From positions 1 through 16,753 of the forward strand of contig JBEQAF010000044.1 of the NCBI GenBank assembly GCA_041640455.1: a stretch of DNA of 16,753 nucleotides, written 5' to 3'. The notes under the pieces are model-generated. The model was not told the DNA's origin. It searched no databases and saw nothing but the letters and a program-made list of their open reading frames with translations. How positions within the stretch are numbered: the stretch's first letter is position 1; each line of letters begins with the position of its first letter. A program made the position numbers and the translations under genes. Shown here one piece after another: positions 16,525-16,753 of the stretch. Source of the stretch: a bacterium. GTDB taxonomy: Bacteria > CALINM01.

Positions 16525-16753
16525 CTACTCCACTGTTACACTTTTTGCCAGATTTCTTGGCTGATCCACATCGGTCCCCTTAAGAACCGCACAGTAGTAA
16601 GCAAATAGCTGAGACGGAATTATGGACAGCAATGTATCCAGATAGGGGTTTATATGGGGGATGTAAATAAGATAATCGGTATATCTCGCTGATAGCTCAT
16701 CTCCTTTTGAAACAAGCGAAATGACCTTGCCGCCCCTTGCCAGCACCTCCTGC
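16525..16753 (-). CDS. glmS: Glutamine-fructose-6-phosphate transaminase, C-terminal end (start lies beyond the window)
   Basis: Diagnostic C-terminus GTDVDQPRNLAKSVTVE, plus ARGG and IP.QLFAY. The frame stays open to the window edge, so the track's start at 16746 is not the true start. Confidence 0.95.
   Translation of the reverse strand, partial: QEVLARGGKVISLVSKGDELSARYTDYLIYIPHINPYLDTLLSIIPSQLFAYYCAVLKGTDVDQPRNLAKSVTVE

Noticed and set aside
1..16753. CRISPR array, prophage, defence or transposase genes
   Set aside because: No regularly spaced repeats, and every long ORF is assignable to a housekeeping or cofactor family.

Overview
A gene-dense, AT-rich bacterial chromosomal window made mostly of housekeeping and cofactor-metabolism genes. 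From left to right: (1) a minus-strand respiratory complex I-like operon, nuoA-B-C-D followed directly by nuoH (cut by the window edge), with no nuoEFG in between; (2) a divergent hemL followed after 1 nt by an archaeal/cyanobacterial-type CobT-like phosphoribosyltransferase; (3) a lone glycogen/maltodextrin phosphorylase; (4) a minus-strand cobamide nucleotide-loop operon (histidine phosphatase, cobO/cobA, cobU, canonical cobT, cobS, cobC); (5) a divergent Zn-dependent HDAC-family deacetylase; (6) a minus-strand run of glmS (partial), prs, rplY, pth and ychF. I see no tRNA, rRNA, CRISPR array, transposase or riboswitch. The best candidate for something unusual is two distinct classes of CobT plus two histidine phosphatases within about 8 kb, which may be a dual lower-ligand activation system. 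Second is the symmetric 282-bp intergenic region upstream of the cob operon, with a repeated palindrome, a 21-bp inverted repeat and apparently leaderless starts on both sides. All calls come from motif recognition by eye; no searches were run.
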